The notes under the pieces are model-generated. The model did no database searches. It worked only from the letters and a program-made list of their open reading frames with translations, and was not told the origin of the DNA. DNA of 64,000 nt from the NCBI GenBank assembly GCA_031459625.1, contig JAVKIH010000009.1:1-64000 (forward strand), in the 5' to 3' direction. Position 1 is the stretch's first letter, and each line of letters opens with the position of its first letter. Shown here piece after piece: positions 21,180 through 30,304 of this stretch. Source of the DNA: Candidatus Geohabitans tengchongensis (GTDB lineage: Bacteria > Sysuimicrobiota > Sysuimicrobiia > Sysuimicrobiales > Humicultoraceae). Made by a program: the position numbers and the translations under genes.

Positions 21180-22097
21180 ATGGGCGGCGTGCTCTCCTCT
21201 CGTCGTGGGGTGCTCCTGCCGGCTCTGGGACCGAGGCGCCGGGCGGGACCATGGGGGGGCATGCTGCGACGGCTCCTCCGTTGGCACCCCGGCGGCGTGC
21301 TGGCGGCGGCCGTGCTGGCGGGGCTGCTCGTCGCCTCCCTCGGTGCGCCCTGGCTGGCCCCGCACGACCCCTACGCGCAAGATTACAATGCCCTGATGCG
21401 TCCTCCCGGCACCCACTACCCCCTGGGGACCGACTACCTGGGACGCGATGTCCTCTCCCGCACGCTGTACGGCGGCCGGACCTCGCTGCTGATCAGCCTG
21501 GCCTCGATCGGCGTGGGCACGGTGGCAGGCACGGCCGTGGGCCTGCTCTCCGGCTACTACGGCGGCTGGCTGGATGGCGCGGTGCAGCGCGTGGTGGACG
21601 TGCTGATGGCGTTGCCGGCCATCATCCTGGCGCTGGCCCTCATGGCGGTGCTGGGCCCGCGCCTGGAGAACGTGGTCCTGGCCATCGCCATCGTCGTCCT
21701 GCCGGGGCTGGCGCGCGTCGTGCGCGGGGTGGTCCTCCAGCTGCGCGAGTTCCAGTTCGTCGAGGCGGCCCGGGCGCTGGGAGCCTCCGACGCCCGCCTC
21801 CTCTTGCGCCACCTCCTGCCCAACGCCGTGGCGCCGGTCATCGTGCTGGCCACCAACGCCCTGTCGGCGGCCATCCTCATCGAAGCGTCCCTCTCGTTCC
21901 TGGGGCTGGGCACCCAGCCGCCCGTCCCCTCCTGGGGGAACATGCTGAGCGAGGAAGCGCGACGGTACTTCGAGCAGGCCCCTTGGATGGCGTTGCCCCC
22001 AGGGGTCGCCCTCAGCCTGGCGGTCCTGGCCGTGAACTTCCTGGGCGACGCGCTGCGCGACGCCCTCGACCCGCGGCTGCGGAGGAGCGGGGCATGA
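21180..22097 (+). CDS. ABC permease, DppC/OppC-like
   Basis: LGTDYLGRD, EAARALGAS, HLLPN, LSFLGLG, GDALRDALDP; start uncertain. Confidence 0.92.
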   Translation: MGGVLSSRRGVLLPALGPRRRAGPWGGMLRRLLRWHPGGVLAAAVLAGLLVASLGAPWLAPHDPYAQDYNALMRPPGTHYPLGTDYLGRDVLSRTLYGGRTSLLISLASIGVGTVAGTAVGLLSGYYGGWLDGAVQRVVDVLMALPAIILALALMAVLGPRLENVVLAIAIVVLPGLARVVRGVVLQLREFQFVEAARALGASDARLLLRHLLPNAVAPVIVLATNALSAAILIEASLSFLGLGTQPPVPSWGNMLSEEARRYFEQAPWMALPPGVALSLAVLAVNFLGDALRDALDPRLRRSGA

Positions 22098-23500
22098 GCC
22101 TCCCCGTCGCCCGGGCGGCCCTCGCCGCGGCGGAGGAACGCCACCGCGGGCGCTTCGCCGACCACGTGGCGGAGCTGGCCGCGTTCTGCCGGATCCCCTC
22201 GGTCGGCGGCGACGACGCCGCCATGGGCCAGGCTGTGGCGTGGCTCGAGGCGGCCATGCGGCGCAGCGGCATCGAGGTCGAAGTCTGGCCGGGCGAAGGC
22301 AACCACCCCTACCTGGTGGGCATGGCCCGCGGCGCCGCTGCGCGGACCCTGCTCTTCTTCAACCACTACGACATCGCCACCTACACCAACCCGATCGAGC
22401 GGCGGCCAGGGGACCGGGACCCCTTCTCGGGCGCCGTGGAGGGGGAGCGCCTCTACGCCCGCGGGGTGGCCGACGACAAGGCCACGCTCCTCTCCCGCAT
22501 CCACGCGGTGCGCCTCTGGCACGAGGCGAATGGGACGCTGCCGGTGACCGTGAAGTTCCTGCTGGAGGGCAAGCGCGGGTTAGCCACCGACGGGCTTGGG
22601 CGCTTCCTCGCCCGGGCCTTCCCCCGGGTCGCGGCCGACGCCTGCTGCTGGGAGGCGGGGGCCAAGGACGAGGCGGACCGCCCGGTGATCACCCTCGGCC
22701 ACAAGGGGCAGCTCTACGTCGAGTTGCGGTGCCGCACCGCCAACGGCGACTACCCCTCCCGCCTAACCGCCCTCCCCAACAGCGCGTGGCGGCTGGTATG
22801 GGCGCTCGCCTCGCTCAAGGATCCGGACGAACGTGTCCGCCTGCCGGGCTTCTACGACCGGGTCCGGCGGCCCGGCCCTGCCGAGGAGGAGTGGTGCTAC
22901 CGGCACCTCCCCGCCGACGTCTCCGGCTTGCGGGCGAGCACCGGGGTCAGGGCGTTCGTCGCCGGGCTGGACGGCCAGCGCGTCATGCGGTTCACCTACA
23001 CCGAGCCGACGGTAGGGCTCTGCGGGCTGGCGGCGGGGGAGGCCGGCCCGGCCCACCGGCTCGTCATCCCCGGCGAGAGCCGCGCCCACGTCGAGTTCCG
23101 CCTGGTGCCGGATCAGGATCCCGAGGAGGTGCTCACCAGCCTGCGGGCCCACCTGGACCAGGGAGGCTTTCCCGACATCACCCTCGAGGTGCGCAGCATG
23201 CTCCCGCCCTACACCACCGACCCTGACGGCCCGCTCCCGCGGCTGGTTGGGGAGGCTGCCGAAGAGGTCTATGGCCGGCGTCCGGTGTTGGTCCCCTTCG
23301 CCACCGGCATCGGCCACCGCTACCTCTTCCGGCGCTACAGCTCCATGCCGATCGTGGGGTTCGCGGTAGGGTACGCCGGCTCGGCGCTGGAGACCAACGA
23401 CGAGCACATCCGCCTGCGGGACTACGACGAGGGGATCCGCCACGTCCTGGCGATCCTGGCGCGGGCACCGACGCTCCCCGCGGTCGGGGGGGAGGGGTAG
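22094..23500 (+). CDS. M20/M25/M40 family metallo-hydrolase with atypical active site
   Basis: NHYD, RGVADDK, WEAG, PGFYD, FRLVPDQDP; the EEE motif reads EGKRG. Confidence 0.85.
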   Translation: MSLPVARAALAAAEERHRGRFADHVAELAAFCRIPSVGGDDAAMGQAVAWLEAAMRRSGIEVEVWPGEGNHPYLVGMARGAAARTLLFFNHYDIATYTNPIERRPGDRDPFSGAVEGERLYARGVADDKATLLSRIHAVRLWHEANGTLPVTVKFLLEGKRGLATDGLGRFLARAFPRVAADACCWEAGAKDEADRPVITLGHKGQLYVELRCRTANGDYPSRLTALPNSAWRLVWALASLKDPDERVRLPGFYDRVRRPGPAEEEWCYRHLPADVSGLRASTGVRAFVAGLDGQRVMRFTYTEPTVGLCGLAAGEAGPAHRLVIPGESRAHVEFRLVPDQDPEEVLTSLRAHLDQGGFPDITLEVRSMLPPYTTDPDGPLPRLVGEAAEEVYGRRPVLVPFATGIGHRYLFRRYSSMPIVGFAVGYAGSALETNDEHIRLRDYDEGIRHVLAILARAPTLPAVGGEG

Positions 23501-23502
23501 GT

Positions 23503-24861
23503 ATGCGCACCCGCACCGGCGCGGTCGATGCGTACATCAGCGGGGGGATGGCGCAGTGGATGTCGGAACTCGCGGAGTTCTGCGCCTTCCCCAGCGTCGG
23601 CGACCGGTCGGAGGCGATGCACGCCGCGGCGCAGTGGCTGGTCCGGCGGCTGGCCGCCGCGGGGCTGGCCGCGCGCCTGCTGGCGGTCACGGACGGGTTC
23701 CCCGCGGTCTACGCCGAGGCGCCCGGCCGCTCCCCGCGCACCGTGCTCTTCTTCAACCACTACGACATCGCCGCCTACACCCACCCGCTGCCGCGGGACC
23801 TGTTGCAGGTCCCCGTCAGGCTGGCCGCAGACCGGCTCTTCGCCCGCGGGGTGGCGGACGACAAGGGGTGCTGCTTCTCGCGGATCGTGGCCGTGGAGGC
23901 GCTCCTGCGCACCCACGGGCGCCTGCCGGTGGGGGTGAAGTTCCTCATCCTCGGCAAGCGGGTCCCCAACGATCCCTGTCTGGATGACGTCCTCGCCCGC
24001 TACCCCGAGGTCCTGGCCTGTGACGCGGTGATCTGGGAGACGGGAGCGAAGGACGAGCGCGACCGTCCCACCGCGTCCCTGGGCGCCAAGGGATACCTCT
24101 ACGTGGAGCTGGTGGTGCGGAACCCGGCCGGGGCCCAACCCTCGCGCATCAGCATCCTGCCCAACCCGGCCTGGGACCTGGTCTGGGCCCTGAGCACGCT
24201 GAAGGGCCCGGACGAACGCATCCGCGTCCCCGGCTTCTACGACGACGTCCTCCCCCCTACGCCCGCGGACCTGGAGGTCCTGGCCGTTCTGGGCGAAGAC
24301 CTGGACGAGCGCGTCGCGCGGCGGATGGGCGCACCGCGCTTCGTGCTGGGGTGCCGGGGGCTCGAGGCGGCTCGCCGCTGGTTCTTCGAACCCTCCTGCA
24401 CAGTCTGCGGCCTCGTGGGCGGGGAGACCGGTTCGGAGGAGCGGCTGGTCATCCCCGCGGAGGCCCGGGCCAAGGTGGAGTTCCGGCTGGTGGCCCGGCA
24501 GGACCCGGCGGACATCGCCCGGAAGGTGCGGGCCCACCTCGACCGGGAGGGGTTCGGGCACGTCGAGATGGTTGTGCGCTCCCAGACCACCCCGTACCGG
24601 ACACCGGCGAACGACCCCCTCGTTCGGGCAGCCCAGCGGGCAGCCCTGCAGGTCTACGGGCAGCCCCTGGTGATCCGTCCCACCTCGGTGGGGATGAGCC
24701 CCAAGTACCGGTTTGCTCCCCGCCCGACCCTGGGCATTGGGGTCGAGTACGCCGGTTCGGCGATGGAGATGCCGGACGAGCACATCCGGCTCGAAGACTG
24801 GGAGCAGGGCGCGCGCATGGTGGCTGCTGTGCTGGAGGCGTACGCGGAGGAGTCGGGATGA
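23503..24861 (+). CDS. M20/M25/M40 family metallo-hydrolase, tandem paralogue with atypical active site
   Basis: NHYD, RGVADDKG, WETG, PGFYD; the EEE motif reads LGKRV. Confidence 0.85.
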   Translation: MRTRTGAVDAYISGGMAQWMSELAEFCAFPSVGDRSEAMHAAAQWLVRRLAAAGLAARLLAVTDGFPAVYAEAPGRSPRTVLFFNHYDIAAYTHPLPRDLLQVPVRLAADRLFARGVADDKGCCFSRIVAVEALLRTHGRLPVGVKFLILGKRVPNDPCLDDVLARYPEVLACDAVIWETGAKDERDRPTASLGAKGYLYVELVVRNPAGAQPSRISILPNPAWDLVWALSTLKGPDERIRVPGFYDDVLPPTPADLEVLAVLGEDLDERVARRMGAPRFVLGCRGLEAARRWFFEPSCTVCGLVGGETGSEERLVIPAEARAKVEFRLVARQDPADIARKVRAHLDREGFGHVEMVVRSQTTPYRTPANDPLVRAAQRAALQVYGQPLVIRPTSVGMSPKYRFAPRPTLGIGVEYAGSAMEMPDEHIRLEDWEQGARMVAAVLEAYAEESG

Positions 24862-25673
24862 TCGTGCGCGAGGAGGATGGGCGGTGGCTGCTGATCCGCC
24901 AGGTCGACCACGCAGCGCTGGCGGGGGACCTGGCGCGGCACTGGGGGAATGAGACTTTCGAGCGGCCGGAGCCCCACGCGTCCGTGGTGATCGCTGCGAC
25001 CATGCACGACGAGGGGTGGCGGGAACAGGACGCATTGCCCCGGTACGACGCCACCCGGGCCGGCCCGCTGCACTGGCGTGACATCCCGGTCCAGGAGCAC
25101 GTCGCCTTCTACGCCGTCGGGATCGAGCGGACGGTGGCCCGGGACCCCTACGCCGGGTTGCTGGCCAGCATGCACGGGGCGGGGATCTACACGCAGCGCT
25201 ACGGGACCTTTCCCGTCTACATGACGACGATCACGCCCGAGGCCCGTCCTTGGATCGAGACCTTCATCCGGGATCAGGAGGCGCTCCAGGCGGAACTGAA
25301 GCGCCGGCTGTGGAGCCCCCGGGAGCGCCGCAGCCGCTTCGAGCGGCAGCTGTGGACGAACTACGAATGGCTGCAGATCTACGACCGCCTCTCGCTCTTC
25401 CTCTGTCTGCATGACCTGCGGGGGGCGGTACAGGACCGGCTGGGCCCCACGCCGCTCGGCATCGACGCCCCGACGGTGGAGCTGACGGTGGCGGCGCTGG
25501 GCGACGATGTGGTGGTGGTCGAGCCCTGGCCCTTCGACGTCGCCGAGGTGACGGTGGCCCTACCGGTCCGGCGTATCCCTCGCCGCCCCTATGCCGACCT
25601 GGCCGACCTCCAGGGCACGGTGGGGGCGGCGGCGGAGGAGTCCATCCGGGCCTGGCTCGTCCCGCAGGCATGA
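24858..25673 (+). CDS. DUF3891-like protein
   Basis: LIRQVDHAALAGDLARHWGN, HDEGW, DPYAGLLASMH, DRLSLFLC, PWPF. Confidence 0.75.
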   Translation: MIVREEDGRWLLIRQVDHAALAGDLARHWGNETFERPEPHASVVIAATMHDEGWREQDALPRYDATRAGPLHWRDIPVQEHVAFYAVGIERTVARDPYAGLLASMHGAGIYTQRYGTFPVYMTTITPEARPWIETFIRDQEALQAELKRRLWSPRERRSRFERQLWTNYEWLQIYDRLSLFLCLHDLRGAVQDRLGPTPLGIDAPTVELTVAALGDDVVVVEPWPFDVAEVTVALPVRRIPRRPYADLADLQGTVGAAAEESIRAWLVPQA

Positions 25674-28069
25674 CGACGGGGACGGCCGGACGCTACGTCG
25701 GGCAGTCGGTGCGCCGCATCGACGGGGCCGCACTGGTCACGGGACAGGCGCGCTTCGTTGGCGACCTGTCCTTCCCTGGGCTCCTCCACGTCGCCATCCT
25801 GCGCAGTCCCCACGCCCACGCCCGCATCCGGCGGGTCGAGACCGCCGCCGCCGTCGCCATGCCCGGCGTGGTCGCCGTCCTGTCCGGCGAGGATGTCCGC
25901 CGCCACCTCGACCCCATCCCGCACCGCGTCGACCCTGCGTCGGTCGGGGGCCGCAGCGCGGAGGTCTGGGCGCTCGCGCCTGAGGAGGTCCTCTACGCGG
26001 GGCAGGGCGTGGCCGCGGTGGCCGCCGAGACCCTGGAGCAGGCGCGGGCTGCGCTGGCCCGCATCAGGGTGGCATACGAGCCGCTGCCCGTCGTGCTCGA
26101 CGCCGAGGAGGCGTTGCGACCGGACGCGCCGCGGGTCGTGGAGGGATGGCCGGACAACGTCCTCCTGGCCGGGCAGATCCGTCACGGCGACGTCGAGGGG
26201 GCCATGGCGCGCGCCCACCGGGTGGTGCGGGCGACCATCCGGATCCACCGCTACTCCACCCAGCCCCTGGAGCCCCGCAGCTACCTGGCCGTCCCCGATC
26301 TCCTGGGGGACGCGCTGATCCTCTACGCGACCACGCAGAACCCCCATCAGCTCCGGCACATGCTGGCGCGGACCTTGCGCCTGCCTGAGCACCGGCTGCG
26401 CATCATCGTGCCGCGCCTGGGTGGAGCCTTCGGGCTGAAGATGATTGGGCACCCCGAGGAGTCGCTGGTCTGCCTGTTCGCCCTCCTCACGCGGCGGCCG
26501 GTCCGATGGGTGGCCAGCCGGGAGGAGGAGCTGCTCATCGGCGGTCGGGAGCAGGTGCACCACATCGAGGTGGGGTGCACGGCCGAGGGGCGCATGGTGG
26601 CCTTCCGCGACCGCTTTGTCGCCAACGTCGGCGCCCCCTACCCCACGCCTGGCTGGGGGATGGCGCCGCTCACCGCAGCCACCCTGCCCGGCGTCTACGA
26701 CGTGCAGGACGTGGACATCGCCTACACGCTGGTGGCCACCCACAAGGGTCCTTGGACGGCATCGCGCGGGTACGGCAAGGAGGCGGCCACGGTGGTGATG
26801 GAGCGGGTCGTGGATCTGGTGGCGAGGGCGTGCGGCCTCGACCCGGTGGACGTCCGCCTGCGCAACCTCATTGCCCCCGACGCCTTCCCCTACCGCACCG
26901 CCACCGGGCTGGTCCTCGACAGCGGCGACTACCCGGCGTTGCTGCGGCGCGTCCTCGACATGGCCGGCTACGAGCGGCTGCGGGAGGCGCAGGCCCGGCT
27001 GCGCGCCCACGGTCGGTGGTTCGGGGTGGGCGTGGCGATGGAGCTCACTCCTGAAGGCGGCAGCCTCCCGCGGTCCCTGGTGGCCGGGTACGACAGCGCC
27101 ACCGTGCGTGTCGCCCCGTCCGGGGCGGTGACGGTCCTCACCGGCGTGACCAGCCCGGGCACTGGCAACGAGACGGCGATGGCCCAACTCGTGGCCGAGG
27201 AACTGGGCGTTCCACCCGAGACCATCCGGGTGGTGCAGGGCGACACGGACCTGTGCCCCTACGGCTTTGGCACCTACAGTGGCCGCAGCGTCATCGCCGG
27301 AGGCACAGCCGCGGTGCTGGCGGCACGGGAGGTGCGGGCGAAGATGGCGCAGGTGGCGTCGGCGCTGCTCGGGGCGCCCCCGGACGTCCTGCGCTTCCGC
27401 GACGGACGGGTCGAGGTCGACGCCCGTCCCATCCACGACCACCGGCCCCGGAGCGTCGCCTTTGGCGAGGTCGCCTACGTGGCCCACGCGCAGGCCTACG
27501 ACCTGGCCCGGATGATCGAGCCGCCGCTCGAGGCCACCCGCACCTACCGTCCGCCCACCATCAGCCACCGGCCGGACGCCCACGGACGGATCAACCCCTA
27601 TCCTACGTACTCGGCCTGCGCGTACGTGGTCGCCGCAGAGGTGGACCCGGAGACAGCGGTCGTGCAGGTGCGGCAGGTCAGCGCCGTGCACGATGCCGGC
27701 GTGGTGGTCAACCCGGCGCTGGTGGCGGGGCAACTGCGCGGGGCCGTGGCCATGGGGCTGGGCGGGGCGTTGAGCGAGGAGGTCCGCTACGCTCCGGACG
27801 GGACGCGGCTGACCACTTCGCTGGGGGACTACCGCATGCTCCGGGCCCCCGACCTGCCGCCCATCGTCGTGGACCATCGGGTCACGCCCAGCCCTCACAC
27901 CCTGCTGGGCGTGAAGGGGGGCGGAGAGGCGGGGGTGGGCGGGGCGGCCGCGGCCCTGATGAATGCCGTGGCCGACGCGCTGGCGCCGCTCGGGGTCGAC
28001 GTGCTGGCGCTGCCGCTCCGTCCCGATGCCCTCTGGCAGGCCATGCAGAGCGCCAGGCACCGACGATGA
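25670..28069 (+). CDS. Xanthine dehydrogenase family molybdopterin-binding large subunit (CoxL/CutL-like)
   Basis: LRSPHAHARI, GGAFGLK, ASRGYGK, GTYSGRS, VNP..V.GQ..G, KGGGEAG. Confidence 0.92.
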   Translation: MTTGTAGRYVGQSVRRIDGAALVTGQARFVGDLSFPGLLHVAILRSPHAHARIRRVETAAAVAMPGVVAVLSGEDVRRHLDPIPHRVDPASVGGRSAEVWALAPEEVLYAGQGVAAVAAETLEQARAALARIRVAYEPLPVVLDAEEALRPDAPRVVEGWPDNVLLAGQIRHGDVEGAMARAHRVVRATIRIHRYSTQPLEPRSYLAVPDLLGDALILYATTQNPHQLRHMLARTLRLPEHRLRIIVPRLGGAFGLKMIGHPEESLVCLFALLTRRPVRWVASREEELLIGGREQVHHIEVGCTAEGRMVAFRDRFVANVGAPYPTPGWGMAPLTAATLPGVYDVQDVDIAYTLVATHKGPWTASRGYGKEAATVVMERVVDLVARACGLDPVDVRLRNLIAPDAFPYRTATGLVLDSGDYPALLRRVLDMAGYERLREAQARLRAHGRWFGVGVAMELTPEGGSLPRSLVAGYDSATVRVAPSGAVTVLTGVTSPGTGNETAMAQLVAEELGVPPETIRVVQGDTDLCPYGFGTYSGRSVIAGGTAAVLAAREVRAKMAQVASALLGAPPDVLRFRDGRVEVDARPIHDHRPRSVAFGEVAYVAHAQAYDLARMIEPPLEATRTYRPPTISHRPDAHGRINPYPTYSACAYVVAAEVDPETAVVQVRQVSAVHDAGVVVNPALVAGQLRGAVAMGLGGALSEEVRYAPDGTRLTTSLGDYRMLRAPDLPPIVVDHRVTPSPHTLLGVKGGGEAGVGGAAAALMNAVADALAPLGVDVLALPLRPDALWQAMQSARHRR

Positions 28070-28926
28070 CCGCCCCCGTCTACCACGCCCCCGCGACGCT
28101 GGAGGAGGCTCTCGCCCTCCTGGGGGCCTGCGGGGACGAGGCCGCCATCGTCGCCGGCGGCCAGGAGGTGGTCCCGCTCCTCACGGCCGGACGGATCGCC
28201 CCGCGGATGCTCGTCGACCTCCGTCGGCTCGACGCCCTCACGGGGATCACCGAGGAGCCCGATACGCTCAGGCTCGGTGCCCGGGTCACCCACCGCGAGA
28301 TCGCCTCCAGTCCGGTGGTGCGCGGTCGGTGGAGTCTGCTGACCCAGGCCGCTGCGGCAATCGGCGGCGGTGTCCAGGTGCTGAACCGCGGGACGCTCGG
28401 CGGTGCCCTCTGCGCCGCGCACCCCGCGTACGACTACGCTCCCTGCCTGGTAGCCCTCCAGGCGGTGGTGGTGCTGGCCAGTGCGCGGGGCCGTCGTTCT
28501 CTCCCGGTGCAGACGTTCTTCACGGGGGCGGGAAGGACCGCACGGCGGCCGGATGAGCTCCTCCTCGAGGTCCGCATCCCTGCACCGCCTCCGCCGACGA
28601 CGGCCGCCTACCGGAAACTCCGTGCGGTCTGGGGCGGGCCGGGCGTGGTCAACGCCGCCTGCCTGGTGCGGCGGGAAGGCGACCGTCTGGTCGACATCCG
28701 GCTCACCGTGGGGGCCGTTGAGGAGACACCCGTGGTCGTCTCGCTGGACCACCTCAGGGGTGCGCCGCCCGATGCGGTCCCCGAGCGCGCGGCAGAGGCC
28801 GCGCAGGACCTCGTCCGCCATCCCATCGAGGATGCGGCTGCCGGGGCAGCGTACCGTCGCGCCATGGCCGGAGTCATGGCCCGGCGGGCCGTTGCCGCCG
28901 CGATGACGGCGAGGGAGAGCCCGTGA
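28066..28926 (+). CDS. Xanthine dehydrogenase family FAD-binding subunit (CoxM-like)
   Basis: YHAPATLEEAL, AGGQ, NRGTLGG..C.A.P. Confidence 0.9.
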   Translation: MTAPVYHAPATLEEALALLGACGDEAAIVAGGQEVVPLLTAGRIAPRMLVDLRRLDALTGITEEPDTLRLGARVTHREIASSPVVRGRWSLLTQAAAAIGGGVQVLNRGTLGGALCAAHPAYDYAPCLVALQAVVVLASARGRRSLPVQTFFTGAGRTARRPDELLLEVRIPAPPPPTTAAYRKLRAVWGGPGVVNAACLVRREGDRLVDIRLTVGAVEETPVVVSLDHLRGAPPDAVPERAAEAAQDLVRHPIEDAAAGAAYRRAMAGVMARRAVAAAMTARESP

Positions 28927-29462
28927 GCGGCCCGGCAGGGGGCTCGGGGGTGTCGATCCGCCTGACCGTGAACGGACAGGAGCGGGAGGTGGTCGTCGAC
29001 ACCCGCTGGTCGCTGCTGCAGCTACTGCGGGAGGGACTGGGGTTGGCGGGGACCCGCTTCGGCTGTCTCACCGGGCACTGCGGTGCGTGCACCGTCCTGC
29101 TGGGAGGCCTCGCCGTGAAGGCCTGCACGGTGCTGGCCGCCTCTGCGGAGGGGCAAGAAGTGGTCACGGTCGAGGGGCTGGCCACCGAGGGACGTCTCCA
29201 TCCCCTGCAGCAGGCCTTCTGGGAGCACCACGCGCTGCAGTGCGGCTACTGTACCCCCGGCATGATCCTCACCGCCCTCGACCTGCTGCGCCGTTCCCCG
29301 GCCCCCGCAGCAGCAGAGATCCGGATGGGCCTGGCCGGGACGCTCTGCCGGTGCACCGGATACGACGCCATCGTGGAGGCTGTGCTGGCGGCCGCCCGCG
29401 CCATGGCCGGCGCTCAGGCGCCCGCGACGCGGACAGCGACGCCCCCAGCGGGATGGCCATGA
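28923..29462 (+). CDS. Xanthine dehydrogenase family [2Fe-2S] subunit (CoxS-like)
   Basis: GCLTGHCGACTV, QCGYCTPG, LCRCTGY. Confidence 0.93.
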   Translation: MSGPAGGSGVSIRLTVNGQEREVVVDTRWSLLQLLREGLGLAGTRFGCLTGHCGACTVLLGGLAVKACTVLAASAEGQEVVTVEGLATEGRLHPLQQAFWEHHALQCGYCTPGMILTALDLLRRSPAPAAAEIRMGLAGTLCRCTGYDAIVEAVLAAARAMAGAQAPATRTATPPAGWP

Positions 29463-30304
29463 AGATCTGGTTCCAGAAGCACATCGTCTCGGGACGCCTT
29501 CCAGCGCTCGATCGGGCGTACGCGGCGCACTTCCGCCGCGTGGCCCGGCCAGGCACCGAGGTACACCTCTACACCCTCCCGCCGGACACCTATGCGGGCG
29601 CCCTGCCCGAGCCGCTGGTGCGCACGCATGCCGTGGAATCGCTCTTCGCAGGGTACTTCGCGCTCCAGGCGCTGCGGGCGGAGCGGGCCGGGTACGACGC
29701 CTTCGTCATCGGGACGAGCCAGGACCCCGGCCTGGCGGAGGCGCGGGCCTGGGCGCGCATCCCCGTCCTCGGGTTCGGCCAGGTGGCTGCGCACGTCGCC
29801 GGTGTCCTGGGCGCGCGCTTCGGCCACGTCGGCTTCATCGCTGAGCTGGCCGATCCCATTCGGGTCAACCTCCTGCGCGACGGTCTGGCGCACCGCTGGG
29901 TCGGGTTTCACCCGCTGGGCGCCGGTCCGCGGGAGTTACTGGCAGCGCTCGACGGGGACGCCGCGCCGCTCCGGGAGGCGTTCACGGCCGCCGCACGTGC
30001 CGCCATCGCGGCGGGCGCGGAGGTGCTGATTCCCGGCGACGGGGTGACCAACGAGGCGCTGGTGGCTGCGGGCCTCGGCGCCGTGGACGGGGTGCCGGTC
30101 ATCGACGCCAACGGGCTCCTGGTGAAGGCGGCCGAGCTGTTCGTCGACCTCCGGACGCTCGGGATCGCCACCCCGCCGACCACCGGCTATGCCCACGGCC
30201 GCCCGGACGATGCCACGGCGGATCACCTGTTGCGCCTGTTCGCGCCCAGGGCCTTCACCCTGGGACCAGATCCGACCCTGAGGCCGGAGGAGGGGAGGGA
30301 GTGA
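29459..30304 (+). CDS. Asp/Glu/hydantoin racemase family protein lacking Cys
   Basis: ARPGTEV, AERAGYDAFVIG..DPGL.EAR, IPVLG, GAEVLIPG, GVPVID. Confidence 0.78.
   Translation: MKIWFQKHIVSGRLPALDRAYAAHFRRVARPGTEVHLYTLPPDTYAGALPEPLVRTHAVESLFAGYFALQALRAERAGYDAFVIGTSQDPGLAEARAWARIPVLGFGQVAAHVAGVLGARFGHVGFIAELADPIRVNLLRDGLAHRWVGFHPLGAGPRELLAALDGDAAPLREAFTAAARAAIAAGAEVLIPGDGVTNEALVAAGLGAVDGVPVIDANGLLVKAAELFVDLRTLGIATPPTTGYAHGRPDDATADHLLRLFAPRAFTLGPDPTLRPEEGRE

Noticed and set aside
25589..28060. Very long antisense or alternate-frame ORFs (e.g. 25589-28060, 34948-37287, 40686-43655, 56010-58391)
   Set aside because: Shadow ORFs caused by high GC and codon bias; they overlap well-supported genes and have Arg/Pro/Gly-rich, motif-free translations
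25670..28069. Aerobic CO dehydrogenase call
   Set aside because: Has neither AYxCSFR nor AYxGAGR, and there are no cox accessory genes
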